A stretch of 33,658 nucleotides of DNA, taken from a virus (taxonomy: Duplodnaviria > Caudoviricetes). Below are positions 17,731 through 25,783 of the stretch, piece by piece. The stretch is from positions 1 through 33,658 of IMG/VR virus record IMGVR_UViG_3300011339_001383. The stretch is one strand, 5' to 3'. Both the position numbers and the translations under genes were made by a program. The stretch's first letter is position 1. Every line of letters starts with the position of its first letter. The notes under the pieces were generated by a model, which was not told where the DNA came from, did not search any database, and was given only the letters and a program-made list of their open reading frames with translations.

Positions 17731-20700
17731 ATGTTCTTGATTGCCGCGCCACTCGTTGCCGCCTTTGGGACTGTTGTCGGCAACATCCTTGCATTTGCCA
17801 TCAGCACGTGGGCCACCTCGATCATCAGCAAGTCGTTTGAGCCGCCGGTAAACAACAACGCGCTCACAGACAACAATCCTGGCAATCCAACGCAAATTCC
17901 GCCCGCCACCGACAACAAGTTGCCGGTCGTTTATGGAACGGGATGGGTTGGCGGCATTATCACAGACCTTAGCATCAGCAACGACAACCAAACTCTTTAC
18001 TATGTTTTGTCGCTTGCGGAAGTTACCAACACCGAAACGGGCGGCACAGCTGATGTAATTACTTTCGGCGATGTCTACTATGGCGGCAAGAAATGTGTGT
18101 TTGGCGGCTCTGATCCAGCGCAAGTAACGGGGCTGTTGGATGAGTCAACGATGCAGACAGACACCACTGTTAACGGCTACATCTACATCTACAAATTCCG
18201 CAATGGGTCTTCCAGCGGCACAAACACTTCGTCAACCGCCATTTCAATTATGTCGGCGGCAGATTGCACCTACAAGTGGGACTCAAACAAGCAAATGAGC
18301 AACTGCGCGTTTGCCATTGTCAAGTTGAAGTACAACCAAGCCGCAGCGGTCACTGGCCTTCAACAAACCAAATTCCAACTTACCAACGCACGCAAAGCTC
18401 CAGGCGATTGCTTTCTTGATTATTTGACCAGCACTCGGTATGGGGCCGCCATCCCGACCACAGGCGTCGATACGGCCACGTTGACCGCGTTGAATGTGTA
18501 TTCCAATGGCTCGCTGCAATACACGCCTTATGGCGGCGGCATCGCTTTTATTACGCGATTTGAATTTGATGGGGCGCTCGACACTACGCAATCCATCATG
18601 AACAATATGCAGATGATGGCGGACTGTTGCGGTTGCCTGATTCGATACAACGAAGTTACCGGCATGTGGGGCGTTGTCGTTCAGCAACCGACCTACACGG
18701 TGGCAATGGCTTTGGATGATTCCAATGTTATTTCTTCCATTCAAGTGACGCCGGTGGACTTGGCGACTTCATACAACATCGCCGAAGTAAAGTTCACTGA
18801 TGGAACGATGCAAGATGCATTTTCGACCAGCACTTTCGATCTTGCGGTGCTTAACCCTTCGCTTTTGTATCCAAACGAGCCGGTGAACAAGCAAAGCATT
18901 TCCCTGCCGCTGGTCAACAACAATATCCGCGCTCAATATCTCGCCAATCGATTTTTGGAGGCTGGCAGAGAAGACTTGCAAGTGCGGCTGAAGATTGGCT
19001 ATTCCGGTTTGCAATTGGAAGCGGGCGACATTGTGACGCTCACCAACGTCAATTACGGTTGGTCAGCCAAGTTGTTCCGATGCAATCAGGTGGTCGAAAA
19101 TTTTGGAGAAGACGGAACGATCACCACATCACTCGCGCTGGGCGAATGGAATCCGGCTGTGTACGACGATTACAACGTCACGCAATTCACGCCCGCTCCG
19201 AACACCGGCATTGGCAACCCACTCAACTTCGGCACCATTCCGGTTCCGGTCGTTTCTACAATAAATTTTTCAGCCGCTGTCCCTTCTTTTTCAATTGCGG
19301 TTACATCGTCCAGTTCCGGAATCGTTGAGTACGCTGAAGTGTGGTACAGCGCATATGCAAGCCCGACGGTGGCTCAAAGGATTTTTGGCGGCACGACCGC
19401 AATCAACTCCAACGGCAACCCTTACGACCCAAGCTCTAGCATGGGCGTCGTCACCATTGCGGGCTTGGCGCAGGGCGATTGGTACTTCTTTTCCCGCATG
19501 GCCAATGGCTTGGGGATGAGCAACTATTCGTCAGCGTCCGCAGTTCTCAACTGGAGGCCGCTGACGTTTCAATTTACAGAGCGATACATCAACATTCGTT
19601 ACGCTACAAGCATCACAGGCACAGGCTTTGCTACAACGCCGCGCAACATCGGATTGGCAACTTGGACAAATTCTTCTTCGGCTGTAGTTGCTTGGACAAA
19701 TTCTTCTTCGGCTGTAGTTGCTTGGACAAGCGGCGTGGATGCGACCTACTATGGAATCCAAAACACCCCGACCACGACGGGAAGCACTTTGCCTTCGGAT
19801 TACCAATGGTATCTTGCAAGCCCCGCGTTTGGTGAAACCAATTATTTGTTGTACGCCAATCGCTCTAATCGCAACTTCAGCTTTGCGGTTGGCGGAGCCG
19901 CGCAAACACAAAACACGGCGGCGTTTGTTCCGACGCTGACCTCGGTTTATGACCCCACGGTGTGGTCAGGATTACAAGATGGCGTCAACTCGATTGACCT
20001 AGACGCGCGCACAGGGCAGTTGATTTACTTTGGAAAGACCGCGCAGACCGCGCAAGACGGAATTCTTGCGGTCACCAACAACACCGATGGCTCCATGAAA
20101 GTCGCCCTCGGCCAGTTCTTGAATTTCGGCGCGGGTGTGTATTCCAAGACCACAGCAATCGCAAACCTGACCATCGACATTTACGGGCGTGTGGTCGGGT
20201 TTACTTCGCCGGACGCTTTCTATTACACCGAAACGGTCTTCACTGCCACCGCAGGGCAAACAACATTTAGCCTTACCCACATTGTCGGAGACATTCTTGT
20301 TTTCAGCGATGGCGTTTTAATGGACTTGACAGAGTACAGCGAAACCTCCACAACCATCGTGTTGGCGCAAGCGGCAAGCGCTGGCGATGTGTTTGTCGTT
20401 TTGCAAATGCGCGCGGTCAGTACAGCGGATTCATACGAAGACCTTGGGATTGCAATTGCGTCTAGCACGACCAACAGCATCACCTATTCGCAAGCCCCTT
20501 ATCAAACAATTGTCGCGGGCGACGTGTTGTGTTTTGCAAACACCGGCTCGCCAACCACCTTCACCGTTTTATCTATCAACATCACCACAAAGGTAATCAC
20601 CTTCACAGGGACGATCTCAGGCGCAACAGCGTCGTTGCCTGTGTATCGATTCCGCGCGGCGGGCGCAACCTACAGACCGTGGAGCCGCCGGACTGTAACG

Positions 20701-21120
20701 CTGACTGCGGCAAACACTTACACCCCGACTGACTGGGCGATAAATAACGGGTTTGAATCTCCGTATTGCAACGGCGTTCAGTTGAATGAGATTGATTACG
20801 ATGTAATTGCAGGCGCATTCACAGGCTTTCCCGCATCGCTGACCGGCAACTTCACCGTCATTCAATACGCCGCAAACAATCTTGGCGTGCCCGCCTGCAA
20901 CATCATCAACACCATCACCTATTCAGTGGCCAATGCGCTCGCATACACATTTAGCAGCAATCCGTTGTCGATGGAAGTGTATGCAAATGGCGTGTTGTTG
21001 GCTAAAGGCGCAGGGTATGATTACACCGCAACGTCAACAAATTGGCTTTTAAGCACCGCATTCCCGAATAGTTCAACCCTGCTTGTTCAGCAGACTTTTG
21101 CAAGAGATGGAGCCGCCTGA
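17731..21120 (+). CDS. Tail tip / central fibre protein (lambda gpJ-like)
   Basis: 1129 aa; LPVVYG, CFLDYLTSTRYGA, LEAGDIVTL; FN3-like segment; C-terminal repeated (N/D)GV..DY/EY beta modules. Confidence 0.85.
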   Translation: MFLIAAPLVAAFGTVVGNILAFAISTWATSIISKSFEPPVNNNALTDNNPGNPTQIPPATDNKLPVVYGTGWVGGIITDLSISNDNQTLYYVLSLAEVTNTETGGTADVITFGDVYYGGKKCVFGGSDPAQVTGLLDESTMQTDTTVNGYIYIYKFRNGSSSGTNTSSTAISIMSAADCTYKWDSNKQMSNCAFAIVKLKYNQAAAVTGLQQTKFQLTNARKAPGDCFLDYLTSTRYGAAIPTTGVDTATLTALNVYSNGSLQYTPYGGGIAFITRFEFDGALDTTQSIMNNMQMMADCCGCLIRYNEVTGMWGVVVQQPTYTVAMALDDSNVISSIQVTPVDLATSYNIAEVKFTDGTMQDAFSTSTFDLAVLNPSLLYPNEPVNKQSISLPLVNNNIRAQYLANRFLEAGREDLQVRLKIGYSGLQLEAGDIVTLTNVNYGWSAKLFRCNQVVENFGEDGTITTSLALGEWNPAVYDDYNVTQFTPAPNTGIGNPLNFGTIPVPVVSTINFSAAVPSFSIAVTSSSSGIVEYAEVWYSAYASPTVAQRIFGGTTAINSNGNPYDPSSSMGVVTIAGLAQGDWYFFSRMANGLGMSNYSSASAVLNWRPLTFQFTERYINIRYATSITGTGFATTPRNIGLATWTNSSSAVVAWTNSSSAVVAWTSGVDATYYGIQNTPTTTGSTLPSDYQWYLASPAFGETNYLLYANRSNRNFSFAVGGAAQTQNTAAFVPTLTSVYDPTVWSGLQDGVNSIDLDARTGQLIYFGKTAQTAQDGILAVTNNTDGSMKVALGQFLNFGAGVYSKTTAIANLTIDIYGRVVGFTSPDAFYYTETVFTATAGQTTFSLTHIVGDILVFSDGVLMDLTEYSETSTTIVLAQAASAGDVFVVLQMRAVSTADSYEDLGIAIASSTTNSITYSQAPYQTIVAGDVLCFANTGSPTTFTVLSINITTKVITFTGTISGATASLPVYRFRAAGATYRPWSRRTVTLTAANTYTPTDWAINNGFESPYCNGVQLNEIDYDVIAGAFTGFPASLTGNFTVIQYAANNLGVPACNIINTITYSVANALAYTFSSNPLSMEVYANGVLLAKGAGYDYTATSTNWLLSTAFPNSSTLLVQQTFARDGAA
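19661..19729 (+). repeat. Perfect 30-bp in-frame tandem repeat (2.3 copies) encoding WTNSSSAVVA
   Basis: CTTGGACAAATTCTTCTTCGGCTGTAGTTG x2 + CTTGGACAA. Confidence 0.97.
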
Positions 21121-21836
21121 TGACCCAAAGTTACAATTTGTCGCAACTAGCAAACAACCTCAATTCGGCAGGGCAGTTGGATGCGACTGATGGATTGTCG
21201 GGCGCGGTTCCTGCCGCGAATGGCGGCACAGGGCAATCCGGCTATACGACCGGCGACATCTTGTATGCTAGCGGCGCAACGGCACTTGCCAAGCTGTCCG
21301 ACGTGGCCACAGGCAATGTGCTTATTTCGGGCGGCGTTGGGCTTTCGCCAAGTTGGGGCAAGGTAGGACTTACCACGCACATCGCGGGCACGCTGGCCGT
21401 TGCCAATGGCGGCACAGGCGCTGCTACTATTCCGGCAAACGCTTTGGTGGTGGGCGCGGGCACGAGCGCGGTCACCACCATCGCGCCTGGAACGTCAGGC
21501 AACCTTCTTCTCTCCAATGGCACCACATGGGCGGCCAGCCAAAATATTAACTATGTTGTAGGGCAAGCATGGACAGACTTGACCGCGTCCAGGGCATACG
21601 GAACGACATACACCAACTCGACCGGAAGGCCAATTTTTGTAAGTGCTTATATCAGTTTGAACACTGGTACGCCTCAAGGTGATTTTTACATTGATGGAAA
21701 TTTAATTGCTTCAGATTTAAGATATGCCCCGACAACAAGGCAATGGATTATTACGATGGGCGGCATTGTGCCAAATGGATCGACTTATTTGATCAATGGC
21801 GGCGGCACACTTAATAAATGGTGGGAATTGAGGTAA
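21120..21836 (+). CDS. Tail fibre protein
   Basis: 238 aa; GAVPAANGGTG and GTLAVANGGTG repeats; C-terminal GQAWTDLTASRAYGTTYTNSTGRPI...WWELR tip domain. Confidence 0.8.
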   Translation: MTQSYNLSQLANNLNSAGQLDATDGLSGAVPAANGGTGQSGYTTGDILYASGATALAKLSDVATGNVLISGGVGLSPSWGKVGLTTHIAGTLAVANGGTGAATIPANALVVGAGTSAVTTIAPGTSGNLLLSNGTTWAASQNINYVVGQAWTDLTASRAYGTTYTNSTGRPIFVSAYISLNTGTPQGDFYIDGNLIASDLRYAPTTRQWIITMGGIVPNGSTYLINGGGTLNKWWELR

Positions 21837-21845
21837 AGGATTAAC

Positions 21846-22142
21846 ATGAAACTGTTCAAAAATTCAGCTGGTGCGCGTTGGGCGTTTGAAGACGATGGAA
21901 GCCAAGACCATCTAATCACAATGGACATGACTTCGATTTCGGAAGAAGAAGCGCAAGAGATCGAAAGTCAGAGGCAACTTGAAACATTCAACCGAATGCC
22001 TTATGCCGCAAAACGCGAGGCCGCATATCCGCCAATCACAGATTACCTTGATGGCGTTGTGAAAGGCGACCAAGGACAGATTGCAAAATACATCGCCGAC
22101 TGCTTAGCGGTCAAGGCAAATTTCCCCAAAGGTGAACCATGA
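21846..22142 (+). CDS. Putative tail fibre assembly chaperone
   Basis: 98 aa; follows the fibre; REAAYPPITDYLD...AVKANFPK; AAGGA RBS. Confidence 0.6.
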   Translation: MKLFKNSAGARWAFEDDGSQDHLITMDMTSISEEEAQEIESQRQLETFNRMPYAAKREAAYPPITDYLDGVVKGDQGQIAKYIADCLAVKANFPKGEP

Positions 22143-22312
22143 CCGAAACTGAAGCCCGACTCAACTCGCACGAAGCTGTGTGCGTCGAGCGGTATGACCA
22201 AATCAACGCGCGGCTGAAACGCCTAGAGCGCATTATCATGAACGCCGCTGGTGTGCTGTTGATGGGCATGGGCGGCGTCATCTGGACGTTTCTCACTCAT
22301 GCAGTTAGATAA
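22139..22312 (+). CDS. Small membrane protein, coiled coil plus C-terminal TM (XhlA/holin-like); absent from the ORF track
   Basis: Manual translation MTETEARLNSHEAVCVERYDQINARLKRLERIIMNAAGVLLMGMGGVIWTFLTHAVR (57 aa); ATGA-coupled. Confidence 0.75.
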   Translation: MTETEARLNSHEAVCVERYDQINARLKRLERIIMNAAGVLLMGMGGVIWTFLTHAVR

Positions 22313-22463
22313 GCTCACCTCTGCCGAAAGTCCATGGCCCAACACCGAGACCAAAACGGTGTTGGTGTGCCGCGTGCCCAAGCAAGACGATAAGTTGGGC
22401 GCAAACGAATTCAAAGACAAAGACGGACGCATCTGCCGGTGGGTGGTTGTGAACAAGAAGTGA
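22299..22463 (+). CDS. Small hypothetical protein with 2 Cys; absent from the ORF track
   Basis: Manual translation MQLDKLTSAESPWPNTETKTVLVCRVPKQDDKLGANEFKDKDGRICRWVVVNKK (54 aa); stop overlaps the next GTG. Confidence 0.55.
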   Translation: MQLDKLTSAESPWPNTETKTVLVCRVPKQDDKLGANEFKDKDGRICRWVVVNKK

Positions 22464-22930
22464 TTGATCCGTTCACCGCCTTTGCAGCCGCGCAAGCAGC
22501 GGTAAAGGGAATCCAAGCCGCCATCAAATTGGGCAAGGACATTCAGGGCATCGCAACTGACCTCGGCAAATTCTTTGAAGCCAAAGACATCGTTCAGCAA
22601 GCGGCGAACAACCCCAAGAAGTTCAAGAGCGACACCGCGCAAGCACTGGAGACGGTCATGCAAGCCAAGCAGCTTGCCGAGGCCGAGGTTGATCTAAAGA
22701 ATGCGCTCATCTGGTCGGGCAACGCCGATGTTTGGGAAGGCGTAATATTGGAGCGCAACAACATCATCCAGCGGCGCAAGCGAGCGGAGATGGAAGTCGC
22801 CGCCGCAAAAGCAAAGCGCAAGCAAGAAATCATGGAAGCGGTCAACATGGCGTTTTGGATTTCCGTGTTTCTGTCTGCAATCGGCCTCAGCTACTTTTTC
22901 ACAACCCTCTTTTTGGAGAAACGCGCATGA
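22460..22930 (+). CDS. Hypothetical helical protein with C-terminal TM segment (lysis region)
   Basis: 156 aa from GTG 22460 (IDPFTAFAAAQAAVKGI...); hydrophobic AFWISVFLSAIGLSYFFTTLFL. Confidence 0.75.
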   Translation: MIDPFTAFAAAQAAVKGIQAAIKLGKDIQGIATDLGKFFEAKDIVQQAANNPKKFKSDTAQALETVMQAKQLAEAEVDLKNALIWSGNADVWEGVILERNNIIQRRKRAEMEVAAAKAKRKQEIMEAVNMAFWISVFLSAIGLSYFFTTLFLEKRA

Positions 22931-23439
22931 TTCCAATTCTCGGAGCGCTGCTAGGTACGCTGGCGGAAAACGGGCTGGGGCTGTTGTCCTCGGCCATTCA
23001 AGCAAAAGGCAAAGAGGTTGTCGAAAACACGCTGGGCGTGAAGATTCCTGACAACCCGACGCCGGAGGATGTGAGCAAGCTGCGGCAGCTTCAATACGAC
23101 CACGAGGAAAGATTGATTGAGCTCGGCATCGAGAAAGCCAAGATGGAGCTTGCCGAGCTTCAACTGTTCGCCGACGCCGCAAAGAACGAAGACAACAACA
23201 TCAGTGACCGTTGGAAGGCGGACATGGTGTCGGACTCGTGGTTGTCCAAGAACATCCGCCCGCTGTCGCTGGTGGCGCTGTTCATGGGCTTCTTTGTGTT
23301 TGCGATGATGTCGGCCTACGGGCTGAACGCCAATGAATCCTACGTGACGCTGCTGGGCAATTGGGGACAGCTGATCATGGGCGCATATTTCGGTGGCCGC
23401 ACAATCGAGAAGCTGGCTGAGATGAGAAGTAAGAAGTGA
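22927..23439 (+). CDS. Putative holin (3TM/GTA-holin-like)
   Basis: 170 aa; SDSWLSKNIRP then two TM helices and GAYFGGRTIEK; basic C-terminal tail; near endolysin. Confidence 0.72.
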   Translation: MIPILGALLGTLAENGLGLLSSAIQAKGKEVVENTLGVKIPDNPTPEDVSKLRQLQYDHEERLIELGIEKAKMELAELQLFADAAKNEDNNISDRWKADMVSDSWLSKNIRPLSLVALFMGFFVFAMMSAYGLNANESYVTLLGNWGQLIMGAYFGGRTIEKLAEMRSKK

Positions 23440-23636
23440 TTTACATTCCCGTTCTTTACATCTGTGTTGCGGCGCATTGTGAATTTCTGCAACAAAAATC
23501 CTACTATCTCGACAGGGAAATGTGCATGGCAGTCGCGGAAGAAAAGAAACAGGACTACATCAAGCTGGGCGCAAAGGTCGAAGCCACTTGCATTGACGTG
23601 ACAGTTCAAACTAATCGGAGGTTGTATGGCTCTTAA
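23436..23636 (+). CDS. Small Cys-rich hypothetical protein
   Basis: 66 aa, 4 Cys, hydrophobic N-terminus; GTGA-coupled. Confidence 0.65.
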   Translation: MIYIPVLYICVAAHCEFLQQKSYYLDREMCMAVAEEKKQDYIKLGAKVEATCIDVTVQTNRRLYGS

Positions 23637-23967
23637 TCAGGAACAAGCGGCGTTTCTTCTGGACATGTGCAAACTGATTGAAGAGGCGACCAATCGGGGC
23701 TTTATGGTCACCGGCGGCGAGCTTGCCCGCACACCCGAGCAACAGGCCATCTACTTCAAGACAGGCCGCAGCAAAACGATGAACAGCATCCACCTGAAAC
23801 GGTGCGCCATCGATCTCAACTTCTTTCTGGACGGGAAGATTATTTGGGACAAAGCGGTCTTGGCTCCGCTCGGCGCTTATTGGGAAAGCCTCCACCCGAA
23901 AAACCGCTGGGGCGGCAATTTCAAGAGCTTGGTGGATTGCCCGCATTTCGAGCGCAACGTGGGATAG
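23626..23967 (+). CDS. Endolysin, peptidase M15 family (L-Ala-D-Glu peptidase-like)
   Basis: RTPEQQ, SIHLKRCAID (SxHxxxxAxD), RWGGNF, DCPHFE Zn-peptidase motifs; GGAGG RBS. Confidence 0.9.
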   Translation: MALNQEQAAFLLDMCKLIEEATNRGFMVTGGELARTPEQQAIYFKTGRSKTMNSIHLKRCAIDLNFFLDGKIIWDKAVLAPLGAYWESLHPKNRWGGNFKSLVDCPHFERNVG

Positions 23968-23998
23968 CGCAGGGGTAAGGTTGCCCCGACCCCTGCGC
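23967..23998. terminator. Hairpin at the convergence of the two arms
   Basis: GCGCAGGGGT...ACCCCTGCGC 10-bp perfect stem; GCAA loop on the - strand; no clear U tract. Confidence 0.6.
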
Positions 23999-24014
23999 GT
24001 GGCTCTAGGGTGCG

Positions 24015-24845
24015 TTAGAAGCCTTCGGCGGCGGGTGCATCCGGCGCTTCGTACTTGACTTCGACGGAATTCGCCGCGACGGAGGCGTGAAACGCTTTTG
24101 CGGCGGCGTAAACCTCGGCACGGTCGATGCGTCCGGCCAATTCAAACTTCACCCCGTACCATGTGCCTTTGTCGTTGGACTCGGGCATTGTGGTCAGGCG
24201 CACAAGGTTCGCAAAGGTCGGCGGCGTGTACATGCCCGCTGGGCCATTGAATTTCACCGACGCAAGGGCGCTCATCAGCATCTTCGACTTCTTGATCTGC
24301 GTCGAGGTCAGCGACACGAGGGCTTGCGTCCATCCGCCGGTCGCCGCGTCGATCAGCAACACATAGTGGTTGCGGGTGTCGCGCACGCTGTCGCACTTTT
24401 TGTCGTTCACGGTTCCGTCAGCCAGCGGCACAAACAGCCGCCCGTCCATGTCCACGATCTGCCCAGCGGCACGCATGGTGGCTACGGTGTCGGCAGACAT
24501 CTCGCCTTTGAATCCGGCGTTGTCGCCGGAGCGCTGGCCCCAGCGCAGGAACACACGCTTGTACGCGCAAGGCACGACGATGACGCCCGCCTTCCCGTCG
24601 AACATGCGGCTGTTCACGTTGTCGAAAAGCATTCCGGCTTTCGCGCCATCGAGCGCCGCGCCCGAGGCTTCATCAACTTGGGGCGAGCCCTTTTGTAGCA
24701 CCGACAAAAACGGGATGGCAAAAGAGTCGCTCGTGGCGCCTTCCATGCCCGATCCAGCGTCGGCGGCAAACATGTCGTCAATCGGCGCAGCGAGTGCGGT
24801 TGACTTTTGAGTTGCGATTTCAGTTTTAGTGTTGGCTTTTGCCAT
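24015..24845 (-). CDS. Putative single-stranded DNA-binding protein
   Basis: 276 aa from ATG 24845 (GGAGA RBS); IPFLSVLQKGSPQV, STQIKKSK, ESNDKGTWY; acidic tail ending in Phe; within replication module. Confidence 0.55.
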   Translation of the reverse strand: MAKANTKTEIATQKSTALAAPIDDMFAADAGSGMEGATSDSFAIPFLSVLQKGSPQVDEASGAALDGAKAGMLFDNVNSRMFDGKAGVIVVPCAYKRVFLRWGQRSGDNAGFKGEMSADTVATMRAAGQIVDMDGRLFVPLADGTVNDKKCDSVRDTRNHYVLLIDAATGGWTQALVSLTSTQIKKSKMLMSALASVKFNGPAGMYTPPTFANLVRLTTMPESNDKGTWYGVKFELAGRIDRAEVYAAAKAFHASVAANSVEVKYEAPDAPAAEGF

Positions 24846-24909
24846 GATAAAGTTCTCCGATATTGCCCGCACTTAGAAAGATGGGCGGCGGGCGGCAACC
24901 CACATGGGG

Positions 24910-25428
24910 TTACTTGGCCTTGGGTTTGGTGAGCTTGGCCTTGGCGTAAGGTCGGATGCCGAACAACTCCATCGGTATCGTCACGCCCGCCGCCATCTGT
25001 TCTTTGATGAACGCCTTGAGGGTGGATGCGTGCACGCTTTCGTTAAAGGCTGCGTCGCGCCCGAGCAGGTCGTGAATCTTTGCGGCGGCGGCGACCGCCT
25101 CGTCATGCTCATTGCGGCCAAACTCGACCACCACAGCGGACTTGATCAGCCCGCCAAAGCCATTGTCCGCCAACCATGCGTGCGCGGCGGGGCGGCGCTC
25201 GATGCTGATGCCGCAATCGACCTCATCCACCACTTTGACGGATGATCCATCCTCCAACTTGATCTCGCTCAGACCCAACTCCCGCATCAACTCCGGCAGG
25301 TCTTCTTCCTCGATCTTGCGCACCTCCGCCTTCAACCGGCTGAGGCTTTCGGTCGCCGCGTCAACGGCGGCGTGTCCTTCGCGTAGCAAGGCCGCAAGGC
25401 CGCTAATTTGTTTCAGTGAATCGCTCAT
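24910..25428 (-). CDS. Conserved-looking phage hypothetical protein (replication module)
   Basis: 172 aa; N-terminal coiled coil, DLPELM..LGL..IKLEDG, VHASTLKAFIKE. Confidence 0.75.
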   Translation of the reverse strand: MSDSLKQISGLAALLREGHAAVDAATESLSRLKAEVRKIEEEDLPELMRELGLSEIKLEDGSSVKVVDEVDCGISIERRPAAHAWLADNGFGGLIKSAVVVEFGRNEHDEAVAAAAKIHDLLGRDAAFNESVHASTLKAFIKEQMAAGVTIPMELFGIRPYAKAKLTKPKAK

Positions 25429-25760
25429 ATCGTCATCTCCATTGCAATGTAGTCACCAGCCATTCTGTCCCACTTCAGCATACGCAGCAGCCCGCCGGTT
25501 TTCCGCGCCGCGATGCATGCGGTTGCGGCGAGCAGTGAAGGGTCGCCGACAGCCACAATCCAATCGTCCGCCGTGTACGTGGCCATCCCATCACGCAGCG
25601 CTGTCAGGAGCGGCACGGTGTGTAGGCGGTTTGCGTTGGGCGGCAGAAGAACGATGAGCTCACCGTGCTTGCGCGCGGGCTCCATGTTCATGGTAGGTAT
25701 CCACAGCCGCGTGGACGTGTCGAAACGACTGGGCTGTTGAGGTGCGAAGACTCGCGACAT
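25425..25760 (-). CDS. Hypothetical alpha/beta protein
   Basis: 111 aa; AGAAAGGA RBS; ATGA-coupled to the next gene. Confidence 0.75.
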   Translation of the reverse strand: MSRVFAPQQPSRFDTSTRLWIPTMNMEPARKHGELIVLLPPNANRLHTVPLLTALRDGMATYTADDWIVAVGDPSLLAATACIAARKTGGLLRMLKWDRMAGDYIAMEMTI

Positions 25761-25783
25761 ATAAATTATCCTTTCTTGGGAGC

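Noticed and set aside
19661-19729. 30-bp repeat as a mini CRISPR array
   Set aside because: Units are contiguous with no spacers, in frame within a CDS, and no cas genes are present
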